Assembly (NCBI GenBank): GCA_965242975.1
Contig: CBDETS010000007.1
Location: 5,099,563-5,163,562 of the forward strand
Direction: 5' to 3'
From: Paracoccaceae bacterium
Lineage (GTDB): Bacteria > Pseudomonadota > Alphaproteobacteria > Rhodobacterales > Rhodobacteraceae
Length of the DNA: 64,000 nt
Shown here: in pieces, positions 1 through 8,772 of the stretch
How the letters are laid out: every line of letters begins with the position of its first letter
Numbering within the stretch: the first letter of the stretch is position 1
Program-made: the position numbers and the translations under genes
Notes under the pieces: generated by a model
The model's input: the letters and a program-made list of their open reading frames with translations, nothing else
The model's database searches: none
Told to the model about the DNA's origin: nothing

Positions 1-1
1 G

Positions 2-151
2 ATGAAGGCCCGGGTCCGAGCGGCTCAGGCGGCTATGGCAGATTGCGACATGCCGGTTCCCGAATTGTGCAAAGAACTCGGCCTCCGTCCTGCAACCCTT
101 TCTTCGACGATGAGGCCGGAAGACAGCCCTGGTCATGCCCGATCAAGGTAA
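2..151 (+). pseudogene. Resolvase/invertase-type serine recombinase, C-terminal HTH fragment (5' end cut by window edge, probably decayed)
   Basis: The frame open from nt 2 reads ..DCDMPVPELCKELGLRPATLSSTMRPEDSPGH.., with stop TAA at 149-151. The ELCKELG..ATL pattern is typical of the C-terminal helix-turn-helix of resolvases. The usual YRY after ATL is replaced. Confidence 0.3.
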
Positions 152-439
152 ACGTCAGCACCCTGCAAGCGCTACCCTCCCGATTGACCCGCAATGTCCA
201 CGCCGCACAGCGCATCCTCCGGTAATCATCGGGGTCGGACTGGATTTTGGTTTTGCACCCACTCGATAACGGGTTGTCGTGAAAGACGTCCCCCTGCCAA
301 TCGTGGCCAACTCATGGACCACAGCCAGGTGACAGTGACTCTTCGCTACACCCATTTCTGGGGCGGGGACATTAAGGCGGCAGCAGAGCGGACTGGGACT
401 ACGATCGCTGAACGACTCGGTCGTTCCTCCGTATCGTGA
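152..439 (+). pseudogene. Tyrosine (phage-type) integrase, C-terminal remnant
   Basis: The frame of ORF 194..439 reads ..GQLMDHSQVTVTLRYTHF..AAAER... This matches the conserved C-terminal box (LLGHssi..T..Y.H) that carries the catalytic Tyr. The upstream catalytic boxes are missing or out of frame. Confidence 0.4.
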
Positions 440-543
440 ATTCGCTCGGTAAAGTTCGAATTCTCCACCTGTTCGTCCTTGCGGAATCTGGCGAAATCCG
501 GAAAACGTCACCACGATCGCCGACAACGCCGCCCGGGGAGATC

Positions 544-1560
544 ATGAGCATTAACCTCGAATTCATCGAAGACGCCGCCTACTTTCGCTACCCTCCGGAA
601 TACGACACATGCGTGGAGATGTTCGACCGGCTTCTCGATGAACGCGAATCAGGCCGGGTTGACGAGAAACGCTACATCGACAGATTAAAGGATCTCACCG
701 AACGATATCCGTGGTTCATCGATGCGCATGCGCATATCGGCATTGCGTTGCTGAAAAAGGGAATGACGAAGCGCGCCCTCGATGCGTACCGGAAGGGCTT
801 CTCGCTCGGCGAAGCGGCGATCCCCTCAGGGTACAGCGGCCTGATCGAGTGGCAACCGCTCGAAAACCGGCCGTTCTTCCGTGCCGCGCACGGTATCGTA
901 CTGTGCCACTTGCGGCTCCGCCACTGGGACGAGGCCATCAAACTGATGAAGGCGATGGACCTCTGGAATCCGAGGGACAACCAGGGGATACGTTACCTGC
1001 TCGGCTCGGCCTTGCTGCGTGCCGGCAGAAAGGACGAGGCGCGGGTGCACCTGGCGGAATTCCGGTGGGAAGAGCCGTCATTGCAGTATGAACTTGGGCT
1101 TTTGTACTTGCTCGAGGGAGATTACCGGGCGGCAGCGACAAGCCTGCGGCACGGTTTCATCGAAAACGGCTATATGGCGGAGATGATCTGCGGAACGCCT
1201 GACCCGCTGCCGATCGCGATGTGGCACGGCTCAGGCTGGGGTTGGCCGGAATGCGCGAAAGAATACATCGATTTGTTCGGCGAACTGTGGGACAAAACGC
1301 CCGGGGCCGTGGAATTCCTGCGCTGGCTCAACACCCATCATGAAGTCATGGCGGAGCGTGCGGCCTTCCTGGCATGCGGTCAGGAACTGCTCTGGGAGCG
1401 GGACTCCGAGAGACGCAGGAGCATGTGCGATAAACAGATAATGCTTGCGCGTGCCATTGACGGAAAGCTGTCGGACAGGATCGTGGTGAAGCGCACCAAT
1501 CAGGTTGGAATTGAAACATGGCCCTGGCTGTACGCGGCCTCGTGCCGGCGGGCCATCTGA
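544..1560 (+). CDS. Hypothetical protein with TPR-like helical repeats
   Basis: Part of ORF 436..1560. The internal ATG at 544 follows a GGGGAG Shine-Dalgarno. The sequence is helical-repeat-like (..HAHIGIALLKKGMTKRALDAYRKG.., ..LGSALLRAGRKDEARVHL.., ..LLYLLEGDYRAAATSL..). I recognise no specific family. Confidence 0.6.
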   Translation: MSINLEFIEDAAYFRYPPEYDTCVEMFDRLLDERESGRVDEKRYIDRLKDLTERYPWFIDAHAHIGIALLKKGMTKRALDAYRKGFSLGEAAIPSGYSGLIEWQPLENRPFFRAAHGIVLCHLRLRHWDEAIKLMKAMDLWNPRDNQGIRYLLGSALLRAGRKDEARVHLAEFRWEEPSLQYELGLLYLLEGDYRAAATSLRHGFIENGYMAEMICGTPDPLPIAMWHGSGWGWPECAKEYIDLFGELWDKTPGAVEFLRWLNTHHEVMAERAAFLACGQELLWERDSERRRSMCDKQIMLARAIDGKLSDRIVVKRTNQVGIETWPWLYAASCRRAI

Positions 1561-1866
1561 AACAGGGTCTATCCCGCCGAAAGACCGGGTTTCCCGTTCG
1601 GCCGTCATCGGGACCGCCGCACCGTTTTCAGCCCCCGGCCGCCACTCCGAAGTGCAACGCCGTCCATTTCCGGAGCGAGGGTGGCGCCTGAGCAGAGGAA
1701 ATGGCTTGGCGACGGAAATCGCTCATCTCCGAGCGGACTCGACCCACCCAAAGAGAGTACGATGGAGCGGCACGCTTCCGAGGAAAGCCAGAACCACAGA
1801 CCGTCATCGCGGAAAATCCGGCGACAAACAGCTATCTCTGCATGGTTGGTCAAGTATTGGTCGCAT

Positions 1867-2877
1867 TCATTTGCCTTCGACTGGAATCGATTTGTCCTTG
1901 AATGAGCGCGTCCAATCGGTCGGGCTCATTCCCGTCACGCGTAGGAACTCACGATTGAAATTCGACTTTGTATTGAAGCCGGAGGACAGCATTGCGGTTG
2001 TTACACTTTCACCTGCAGAAAGGCATGTTTGTGCGGTCGCAATCCGGGCATTGTTGACGTAGCGGGACACATTCTGTCCGGTCGACCGATTAATGGCGGA
2101 TGACAACTGTTTCGCAGGAATCCCGGTTTTCCTTGCCAGTTTCATCAGGGTGAGATCGGGGTTCAGGAAAGGTCGCTGCGATCTCATGAGTTCTTCAAGC
2201 CTTTCCATCACGGCGATGTCGGCGGGACTGTTTCCGACCTGTACGTCCCGATCACTGGTCGGTTCAGTCCTGAGTGCTCCTGTCACGCCGAGCACCCCGA
2301 TCAACAACAGATTGACGGCTGAAAAGCCGCTGATGAGCCAGGGTGCAAGCCAGAAGGCGCCGAGCGACTGGGCTGAAGCGATCAACACATCACTGAGTGC
2401 AGACGCTCCCAGCGACAGCGCGATAACCGCCCAGATCATGGCCGGAAGATGGCTGTGTTCCAGACGAATCTGTGGAAGGGCGTCCGGGCCGCTTGAACAG
2501 TGCAAGCCAATCGCAATTCCGTATCCCAGGAATGTGCCCGGAATGAGCAGGTCGAGGAGCGCAGGTTCTGTAGTGAGAGCCAGGACAGCGAAAACTGGGC
2601 CCAAAGCGTGGGTGATATCGGTCCGGCGAAGGGGCCGAAGCATGGTGGTTGCAAAGGCAAGCCAGGCAGTGGCAGGAATGAACATGGCAGTAATTGGTTG
2701 GATCAACCGCATGCCTGGCACGAGGTAGTGCTGCGCCAGGGAAATGATCAGAGATTGCAGCGCGCACAACGCGACCAGCACGGACAATGGTCCGGGACGA
2801 CTTTCCAACACCAATAGCCGCAAGAAGAGAAATCCGAGCACCAGCGCGCCAAACATCGGTATTGGAAAGGTAAGCAT
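1867..2877 (-). CDS. AraC-family transcriptional regulator with an N-terminal multi-pass membrane domain
   Basis: ORF of 336 aa. The N-terminal ~200 aa is hydrophobic with several TM segments. The C-terminus is an AraC HTH (..LTLMKLARKTGIPAKQLSSAINR...GFNTKSNFNREFLRVTGMSPTDW). Confidence 0.8.
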   Translation of the reverse strand: MLTFPIPMFGALVLGFLFLRLLVLESRPGPLSVLVALCALQSLIISLAQHYLVPGMRLIQPITAMFIPATAWLAFATTMLRPLRRTDITHALGPVFAVLALTTEPALLDLLIPGTFLGYGIAIGLHCSSGPDALPQIRLEHSHLPAMIWAVIALSLGASALSDVLIASAQSLGAFWLAPWLISGFSAVNLLLIGVLGVTGALRTEPTSDRDVQVGNSPADIAVMERLEELMRSQRPFLNPDLTLMKLARKTGIPAKQLSSAINRSTGQNVSRYVNNARIATAQTCLSAGESVTTAMLSSGFNTKSNFNREFLRVTGMSPTDWTRSFKDKSIPVEGK

Positions 2878-3013
2878 GGTCGTCCTTCAATCAATCTGTC
2901 CGGCTGGCCGATAGACCTGAATCCGGATTTTGGCGACCTAAAACCGGATTGAGGACGCTGGAACAAATTATCCCTGTCAATTCAGCTTAGATTACGACTC
3001 GATGGAGGTACCA

Positions 3014-4027
3014 ATGCACATTAAGACCCTGGCGCTTTCCTTGACCTTGGCAGGAAGTCACGCAGCAGCAGATCAGGCGGGGTTTCGTTTCCTGGAACTC
3101 GATGCTCCCCATCATGAAAGGACACTCGAGGCGGCGGTATGGTATCCTTCAGATGGTTCCGGCCAGGAAATCTTGTTTGGAGAAAACCCGGTATTTCACG
3201 GTGTCGTTGTTCATGATGGCGCTGATATTTCTGAGGGGCGCTATCCGCTTGTGCTTCTGAGCCATGGCTTGGGTGGTACGATCCGGTCCCTCTCGTGGCT
3301 TTCTGCAGGACTGGCGGAGAGCGGAGCAATCGTGATCAGCGTCAACCATCCAAATTCGACCTGGGGAGACTTTGATCTGGCAGCCAGCATGCGGCATTGG
3401 ACCCGTGCGCAAGACCTCGAACGTGCTCTCGAATGGGCAATGAACAATGATCGTATTTCGCCTTATGTTGACCAGACCAGGATTATGGCTGCTGGATTTT
3501 CATTTGGCGGTTGGACGGCGCTTTCGATTGGAGGGCTCCGGGCAAATCACGCAGGTTTCGTTGAATCCTGCACGAAACTGCGTGAGGCACTTGAGCTTTG
3601 CGACGAACTGATGTCCGACTCAATTGACCTCCCCTCCTTGGATCCCGGCTCCTGGAACGCAAGCTACCGCGACGACCGGGTTACCCATGTCGTGGCCATT
3701 GATCCAGGTCTCGTCTGGGGTCTAAGTCAGAGCGACACGGGCGAACTGATTGACGAGGTCACCCTTATCGGTCTCGGCGACGGAGATTCCCGCCTCCTCG
3801 CAACAGATTTCGACGCCAGCGGTTTGCTGGAACTTCTGCCTGATGCGAGAGTCAGGCGAATTCGACCCGCGACGCATTTCACTGCGTTGCCACTGTGCAA
3901 ACCGGCCGGTGAAGTGATACTCCACGAGGAAAATGACGATCCAGTCTGTACTGATCCCGCGGGTACCAATCGCGAAGCCGTTCATGCGGGCATATTGTCG
4001 GAAATCGCATCCGATCTGGGACTCTAA
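3014..4027 (+). CDS. Secreted alpha/beta hydrolase (dienelactone hydrolase / PAF-acetylhydrolase-like)
   Basis: ATG at 3014 follows a GGAGGT Shine-Dalgarno. Signal peptide MHIKTLALSLTLAGSHAAA. Nucleophile elbow GFSFGGW, and a LLSHGLGG motif. Confidence 0.8.
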   Translation: MHIKTLALSLTLAGSHAAADQAGFRFLELDAPHHERTLEAAVWYPSDGSGQEILFGENPVFHGVVVHDGADISEGRYPLVLLSHGLGGTIRSLSWLSAGLAESGAIVISVNHPNSTWGDFDLAASMRHWTRAQDLERALEWAMNNDRISPYVDQTRIMAAGFSFGGWTALSIGGLRANHAGFVESCTKLREALELCDELMSDSIDLPSLDPGSWNASYRDDRVTHVVAIDPGLVWGLSQSDTGELIDEVTLIGLGDGDSRLLATDFDASGLLELLPDARVRRIRPATHFTALPLCKPAGEVILHEENDDPVCTDPAGTNREAVHAGILSEIASDLGL

Positions 4028-4166
4028 ATCTGCTGGTCGAATTGTCATCATGCGGTTGAGGGACAGGGCATTTGCCATTCGGAATTTGCCTGTCTCCCGT
4101 TTCATGTCCCTCGACCCCTGAGCTTCCGGGTCCGCTCAGGCGGGAAGCGATTGTAGAACGTGTCCT

Positions 4167-4692
4167 TTGGTGATGCTGCGGACCACGTCGATGACGAAGG
4201 AATTACAGCTTCTGAATGCAAGGGTCTTGGACCCGGTGGCCACGGCGCCAATTTTCCGGTCCAAATCCGAACTGATGCTATCCAACAAAAGGATCGGGCC
4301 CAAAACGGCGACCGCCAGCCTGGCCTATGTTCCGAAACTCGGCTCCCTGACGAAAGGCGAGGCGGATTCCGTCGTTGGGCTTGCGCCTCAAGCCCCGGGG
4401 GGCCAGCAAGTTCAAAGGCCGCAGGCTTGTGTCCGCCGGGCGCGAGGACGTTTGGGCAAGCTTTTTTTGTGGCCGCGCTGGCTGCATCGAAAAGCAATCC
4501 CGCCATACGCACCGTTGCCCCGGACCCGAGTCGCGTGGAAAGCCCACCATCGTCTCAATCACCGCAGTCATGCGCAAGCTCGTCGTGATCATGAATGCAG
4601 TTTTCATGGCGAGCGAGCCAACGAAGGACTGCCCATCAATGCAGGCCTTGAGACCTTGGTTGAGCATTGCAGCGACGTATCAGTGTCGGTGA
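4167..4692 (+). mobile_element. IS110-family transposase remnant (3' half only, at least 2 frameshifts)
   Basis: Pieces spread over three + frames follow the order of the IS110 C-terminal transposase domain: IGPKTATASLAYVPKLGSLTKGEADSVVGLAPQ / GASKFKGRR / FVAALAASKSNPAIR / GKPTIVSITAVMRKLVVIMNAVF. No N-terminal DEDD domain is present and no terminal repeats were seen. Confidence 0.6.
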
Positions 4693-4693
4693 T

Positions 4694-5266
4694 CTATGCC
4701 TGGCAGGATTCCATGAACTTCAAGACATCTGCGGCATTCCTGTCAGGTGGAAATACGGGAAAGAAAACCCGCTTGATCTGCGTACCGTGAAGAACCAGGG
4801 TCAGCCTCTTGACGAGCAACTTGCCATCAACTTCCATTGTCGGCAGGCGAAGCGCGGTCGTTAGTTGCAGCTCTGCTTCCGACAACAAAGCAAATGGAAG
4901 GTGCAGTCGGTCCGCTGCTTCCTGTTGGTATTCGGTGCTCTGCGTCGAAATCCCGAAAACGGCTGATACGCCCTTGTCGGCAAGCTCCTGCGACAAATCA
5001 CGGAATGCGCAGGATTGTGGCGTGCAGCCCCTTGCGCCGGGGATGTCATCCCATCCATCAGGCAGTGGTACATCCGGTCGACCGGTCATCGGATAGAAAA
5101 AAAGGACGCTCCAGCCACTCAGTAGTCCCAGATTCACTTGGCCGCCACCTGTCGATGGCAGAGCAACGTTCGGTATGGGCATCCCCTCCAAGTGGCTGGC
5201 CGATCCGTCATTTACTGGAGCGGGAATCGTATCCCAGTCCACTACTTCGAGATTTTCCTGGTTCAT
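4694..5266 (-). CDS. Peroxiredoxin (AhpC/TSA-redoxin family, Bcp-like)
   Basis: ORF of 190 aa with the motif ..LFFYPMTGRP...GARGCTPQSCAFRD.. (peroxidatic Cys context) and a thioredoxin-fold length. Confidence 0.85.
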   Translation of the reverse strand: MNQENLEVVDWDTIPAPVNDGSASHLEGMPIPNVALPSTGGGQVNLGLLSGWSVLFFYPMTGRPDVPLPDGWDDIPGARGCTPQSCAFRDLSQELADKGVSAVFGISTQSTEYQQEAADRLHLPFALLSEAELQLTTALRLPTMEVDGKLLVKRLTLVLHGTQIKRVFFPVFPPDRNAADVLKFMESCQA

Positions 5267-5613
5267 GGGCCACTCTCAAACAGATACAGCGCACGATAGA
5301 CTTCGTCGTCGTATATGCGATGTGCGTCCAGCCGCACACCATCTGTGAAATCCGCGTTGTAACTCCCGAGAGCAATACTTTCGGCAACCGTGTTTACGAC
5401 GAGGAGTTCCAGTTTGTGCCTGGAATTGAGGAATTTGCAGAGCCATGCAGCAGCAACTACTTTGTCCCGCCAGATGGATCGGAACAGAATGTGCCGCTTG
5501 TCGGCAAAGGACTGGAATTGCTCGATAGAGATGAAAGGGAGATGAAACCATCGACTTTCTTGACTGCTCGCCCCAATGTAAACTGCCGGACTCGTCCGGG
5601 ATATAGCACAATG
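5263..5613 (-). pseudogene. Hypothetical gene upstream of and translationally coupled to the peroxiredoxin; no usable start codon (probably frameshifted)
   Basis: Own translation of the minus strand gives ..SRWFHLPFISIEQFQSFADKRHILFRSIWRDKVVAAAWLCKFLNSRHKLELLVVNTVAESIALGSYNADFTDGVRLDAHRIYDDEVYRALYLFESGP*. Its TGA (5263-5265) overlaps the peroxiredoxin ATG (ATGA). The open frame is bounded upstream by a stop at 5614-5616 and contains no ATG, GTG or TTG, which is why it is absent from the ORF track. A neighbouring frame (..VLYPGRVRQFTLGRAVKKVDGF) may supply the N-terminus. Confidence 0.3.
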
Positions 5614-6331
5614 TCAGGCCGGAAACGCTTTGACCAAGATCGAAGCGTGAATGACAGACCAGACATAGCCTGCGTCGCCTCGTTGATCGGAGATCCCGCA
5701 CGCGCCAAAATGCTGACAGCTCTCATGAGCGGCAAGGCTTGCCCCGAGTGCTACAGAATTGCCCCGGGAAGCAGGCATAACCCTGCAAACCGCCAGTGCT
5801 CACTTGGCAAAACCAGTTGTGGGTGGACTGCCTGGTCTGGGCAAAAAGGGGCGGCACAAATACTCCTCTCATGCGAATGACAATGGCACGCATTTTCCGG
5901 AAAGCCTGATGGGGTTGACAGTGGGGTCTGGACACCTGCGCACCAGAACCGAACCAGGAGATGAAAGGCTCGGAAATACCCGCGTTTGCTGCAATCATCT
6001 TGCGGGCAACATGGGCTTCACGATGTATGACAGCTTTGCTCGGCGTGGTTTGCTACAGCTAAGCGCGAACGGTCTTGCATTGACCAAAGGCGGGGCCAGC
6101 TTCGTACGCGAATTCAGCATTGACCTGGCCGACCTGCGCAGAAAAAGGTCCCCCCGGTGTTGAGAGTGTCTGGACTGGAGCGAACGCCGCATTCATCTCG
6201 CAGGGAATCTTTGCCATGCGCTCTTGGTACGTATGGAGCACCTGGGCTGGGCCAAACGCATTCCAGACAGCCGGATCGTGCGTTTCACAAGGCTTGGGCA
6301 GGAAACGTTTGATGCTGCGTTCACAAGATAG
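5611..6331 (+). pseudogene. ArsR-type winged-helix transcriptional regulator, disrupted by one frameshift and one in-frame TGA
   Basis: The N-terminus ..IACVASLIGDPARAKMLTALMSGK is in the frame of 5611. It continues after a 1-nt shift near 5735-5745 as ..LAPSATELPREAGITLQTASAHLAK..KGRHKY.. (frame of ORF 5759..6163). After the TGA at 6161-6163 the same frame continues as ECLDWSERRIHLAGNLCHALLVRMEHLGWAKRIPDSRIVRFTRLGQETF, to TAG at 6329-6331. Confidence 0.6.
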
Positions 6332-6625
6332 ACTGTCTGCCGATATGCCCGTGAACGCTTGGCGTACTATTCTGCCCCTGTACCCTTCTCATGAAGTTAT
6401 GAAGGGGATTTTGCGCCAACCGGAGAGGAACCCGGTTGGTCTCTGCAAGTTTTCATGTCGTCCACTTTTGCGCATGGCCTTTTCTGGCCTGGCGGGACGA
6501 ACTGCGGGACCGAGAGCAAGGATACTCCCACCCGGTGACTCCGCCTTCTGCCATGTGGAGACAGCCGCGCGTCGCAACGCGAAAGGATCGGTTACGATTC
6601 CTGCATTCCTGCTGATGAACAGATT

Positions 6626-7168
6626 TTATCGTGCCTGTAATCGAGAGCCGAATTGGGCGGAAATTCCAACGAGCACGAGGACGAGGCCCGTGGCCACGGT
6701 TCGAATGACATTCCAGATTTGCCATTTGCCGGAATAGTTCTGCCACACTTCGCGCGCCTCCAAGTGGTCAAGCGGTGTCTCCACCAGAGCCAACGTCTCG
6801 TTGAGTGGCACGTTCGCAGTCATCGTCGGAAGCATTGCACCCAGGACATAAAGCAGGCCCGCCAAGGCAAAGCCGATTGCTGCCCGTCGTGCCCGAAACC
6901 TCAAGGCGACCAGTGCGGTGATGATCAACAGTACGGGTGTGCCGAAAAAAGCCGGTGCGAAGACCAGGTTGCGAACGCTCGCATTCATGGCCTGCATGGC
7001 GACGATTGCAACATTGGGGTCTGCCGCGTCCAGTCCCCACATCGTCGAGCAGACCCAGGCAAAGAAGAAGCCGAACATCGCTCCCGCAAAGACAAGCGAC
7101 AGGAGTGCCAGCAACATCACAGGACTGGCAGAATTGCTGCCGTCGTGCCAAGTTTCCTCCGACATCAT
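6626..7168 (-). CDS. DUF1772 (anthrone-oxygenase-like) membrane protein
   Basis: ORF 6626..7192. Four TM segments and the C-terminal pattern ..NVPLNETL...W..YSGKWQIWNVIRT.. are typical of DUF1772. I prefer the start at 7168 because its ATG overlaps the TGA of the upstream frame (ATGA). Confidence 0.75.
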   Translation of the reverse strand: MMSEETWHDGSNSASPVMLLALLSLVFAGAMFGFFFAWVCSTMWGLDAADPNVAIVAMQAMNASVRNLVFAPAFFGTPVLLIITALVALRFRARRAAIGFALAGLLYVLGAMLPTMTANVPLNETLALVETPLDHLEAREVWQNYSGKWQIWNVIRTVATGLVLVLVGISAQFGSRLQAR

Positions 7169-7572
7169 TCTCTGCGCCCCAATCGCGTCCACACTTGGCG
7201 AGCCGATTCACTGATTGCCTGGAAAAAGACGATGACGACGGCAACCTGTGCAATGATCACTACCGGCCGGATCTCGGGCAAAGCAGGATCGACAAATTTT
7301 TCGGTCCACAAGGAACCAGTGCTGTCAGCGCGAACAACAGTGCGTTTGGCAGGGCAAGGCGCATGCTTCGAACCGTGAGGCCATAGGCTGCAATTCCGAT
7401 TGCCAGCGATGCAGAAATAAACGGCCCGAAGGCAAAGGGTTCGTGCTCCAGAGGCGGGTGAGGCTCGGTCCGGGTGAACATGGCCAGCAGCATCGCGGCA
7501 GTCAGCGCCAGAGGTGCAGTATTCGCGACCTCGGTATAACCGTTTTCTCCGCGGCTCCTGTCTATCTTTCAT
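7165..7572 (-). pseudogene. Small 4-TM membrane protein gene, apparently broken by two frameshifts at homopolymer runs
   Basis: MKDRQEPRRK (frame A) is followed by GYTEVANTAPLALTAAMLLAMF...FAFGPFISASLAIGIAAYGL...LALPNALLFALTALVPCGPK (frame B, ORF 7260..7493), then FVDPALPEIRPVVIIAQVAVVIVFFQAISES..* (frame A). The shifts coincide with a T4 run at about 7543-7546 and a T5 run at 7297-7301. The terminal TGA is coupled (ATGA) to the DUF1772 start. Confidence 0.35.
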
Positions 7573-7598
7573 TGCATATTGCCCCTCGCATTTTAATC

Positions 7599-7642
7599 CG
7601 AACCCATGGGTACGGTTTGACATTGCCGTACCCATGGGTTCG
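7599..7642. promoter_or_regulatory. Perfect 17-bp inverted repeat (candidate TetR operator) in the divergent promoter region
   Basis: CGAACCCATGGGTACGG (7599-7615), a 10-nt spacer, then CCGTACCCATGGGTTCG (7626-7642). The arms are exact reverse complements. The repeat ends 38 nt upstream of the TetR ATG (7680). Confidence 0.5.
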
Positions 7643-7679
7643 ATTATGTCAACCATGAAATTGAGGACCAAAAAAAATC

Positions 7680-8282
7680 ATGAAAGAATCCGACCGTGCC
7701 CAGCGCCGCGACATGATTCTCGATGCCGCCGTCATCATTCTGGCAGAGAAGGGCTACCGCGACACCACAATGTCGGACGTCGCCAGGCATGTCTCTGCCT
7801 CGAAGGAAACACTGTACTCCTGGTTCGGAAGCAAATCCGGCCTGTTTCAGGCTGTCATCCGTCGCAATGCGGACACAGTGCGCGCCGTGCTTGAGGCACA
7901 TCTTGTTGGTGATGCACCGTTGGAAGAGGCGCTGACCCATGTCGGACAGGCGCTTGCCCGGCTCCTCTTGGGCGACAGCGCGGTTGCAATCAACCGTGCT
8001 GCAATTGCCGAGGCGCGTTCCGAGCCGGTGCTTGCACGCATCCTGGTTAAGGCCGGCCGCGAAGCAACTCTGCCGTACTTTGTCAGGTATCTCGAGAAAT
8101 GCCGCTTGCGTGGCTGGCTCATCTTCGATGACTCCCGGGAGACTGCCGAAACTTTCCTGGGATTGCTGTTGGGCGACATGCAGGTCCGCCGCCTGCTCGG
8201 AGTCGTCGACTCCCCTGATGCGGAGGATATCGAGGCCCGGGCAAAACGGGCTGCCGTCAAATTCCTAAAGGTATATTCCTGA
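7680..8282 (+). CDS. TetR/AcrR-family transcriptional regulator
   Basis: ORF of 200 aa with the N-terminal HTH ..RRDMILDAAVIILAEKGYRDTTMSDVARHVSASKETLYSWFGSKSGLF.. Confidence 0.9.
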   Translation: MKESDRAQRRDMILDAAVIILAEKGYRDTTMSDVARHVSASKETLYSWFGSKSGLFQAVIRRNADTVRAVLEAHLVGDAPLEEALTHVGQALARLLLGDSAVAINRAAIAEARSEPVLARILVKAGREATLPYFVRYLEKCRLRGWLIFDDSRETAETFLGLLLGDMQVRRLLGVVDSPDAEDIEARAKRAAVKFLKVYS

Positions 8283-8394
8283 AGTCGCGGCCGGCCTCAA
8301 GTCATGGTGCTCCATCAGGTGTTGAAACCGATTTGGAACGTAAGATGGCTTGGGTCGGGGCCATCCGGAGCACTGAAGAAGCGCGCAAAATTGA

Positions 8395-8772
8395 TCAATA
8401 ACGCTCGGCGAATGCCGAACGTTCATGGGGCGGAGAACCGTTGTCCGCGAAGTACTCCTCTGCCCTGACAATCTGACAGTCCCGCACCACGAAGAAGGAC
8501 ACCGCGAACAAGGAAGTATTGCCGTCGCTGATCTCCGTCACCGTCATCACGGTATCGGCGTACTCGTCGATTCGCCGGATCGTGCAACGCCAGGCACCCG
8601 GATAGTTCTCGTTGAGAGCGATGAAGTTCTCGGGGCCGTGGATGCGTTCCCGGGTGTTCGGCCAATGTGCCTCGAAGTTCTCGGACAACAAGGGCAAGGC
8701 ATCTTGGAATCGCCGTTCGTCAAAACAGCGCCAGAGCTCAATTGCCACATCCCGGCTCTTTCGTTCGGTCAA
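8395..8772 (-). CDS. SnoaL/NTF2-like fold protein
   Basis: ORF 8395..8880. The domain-like part starts at ..SRDVAIELWRCFDERRFQDALPLLSENFEAHWP.... I prefer the in-frame TTG at 8772. The Arg/Gly-rich 36-aa extension from the ATG at 8880 looks non-coding. Confidence 0.6.
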   Translation of the reverse strand: MTERKSRDVAIELWRCFDERRFQDALPLLSENFEAHWPNTRERIHGPENFIALNENYPGAWRCTIRRIDEYADTVMTVTEISDGNTSLFAVSFFVVRDCQIVRAEEYFADNGSPPHERSAFAERY

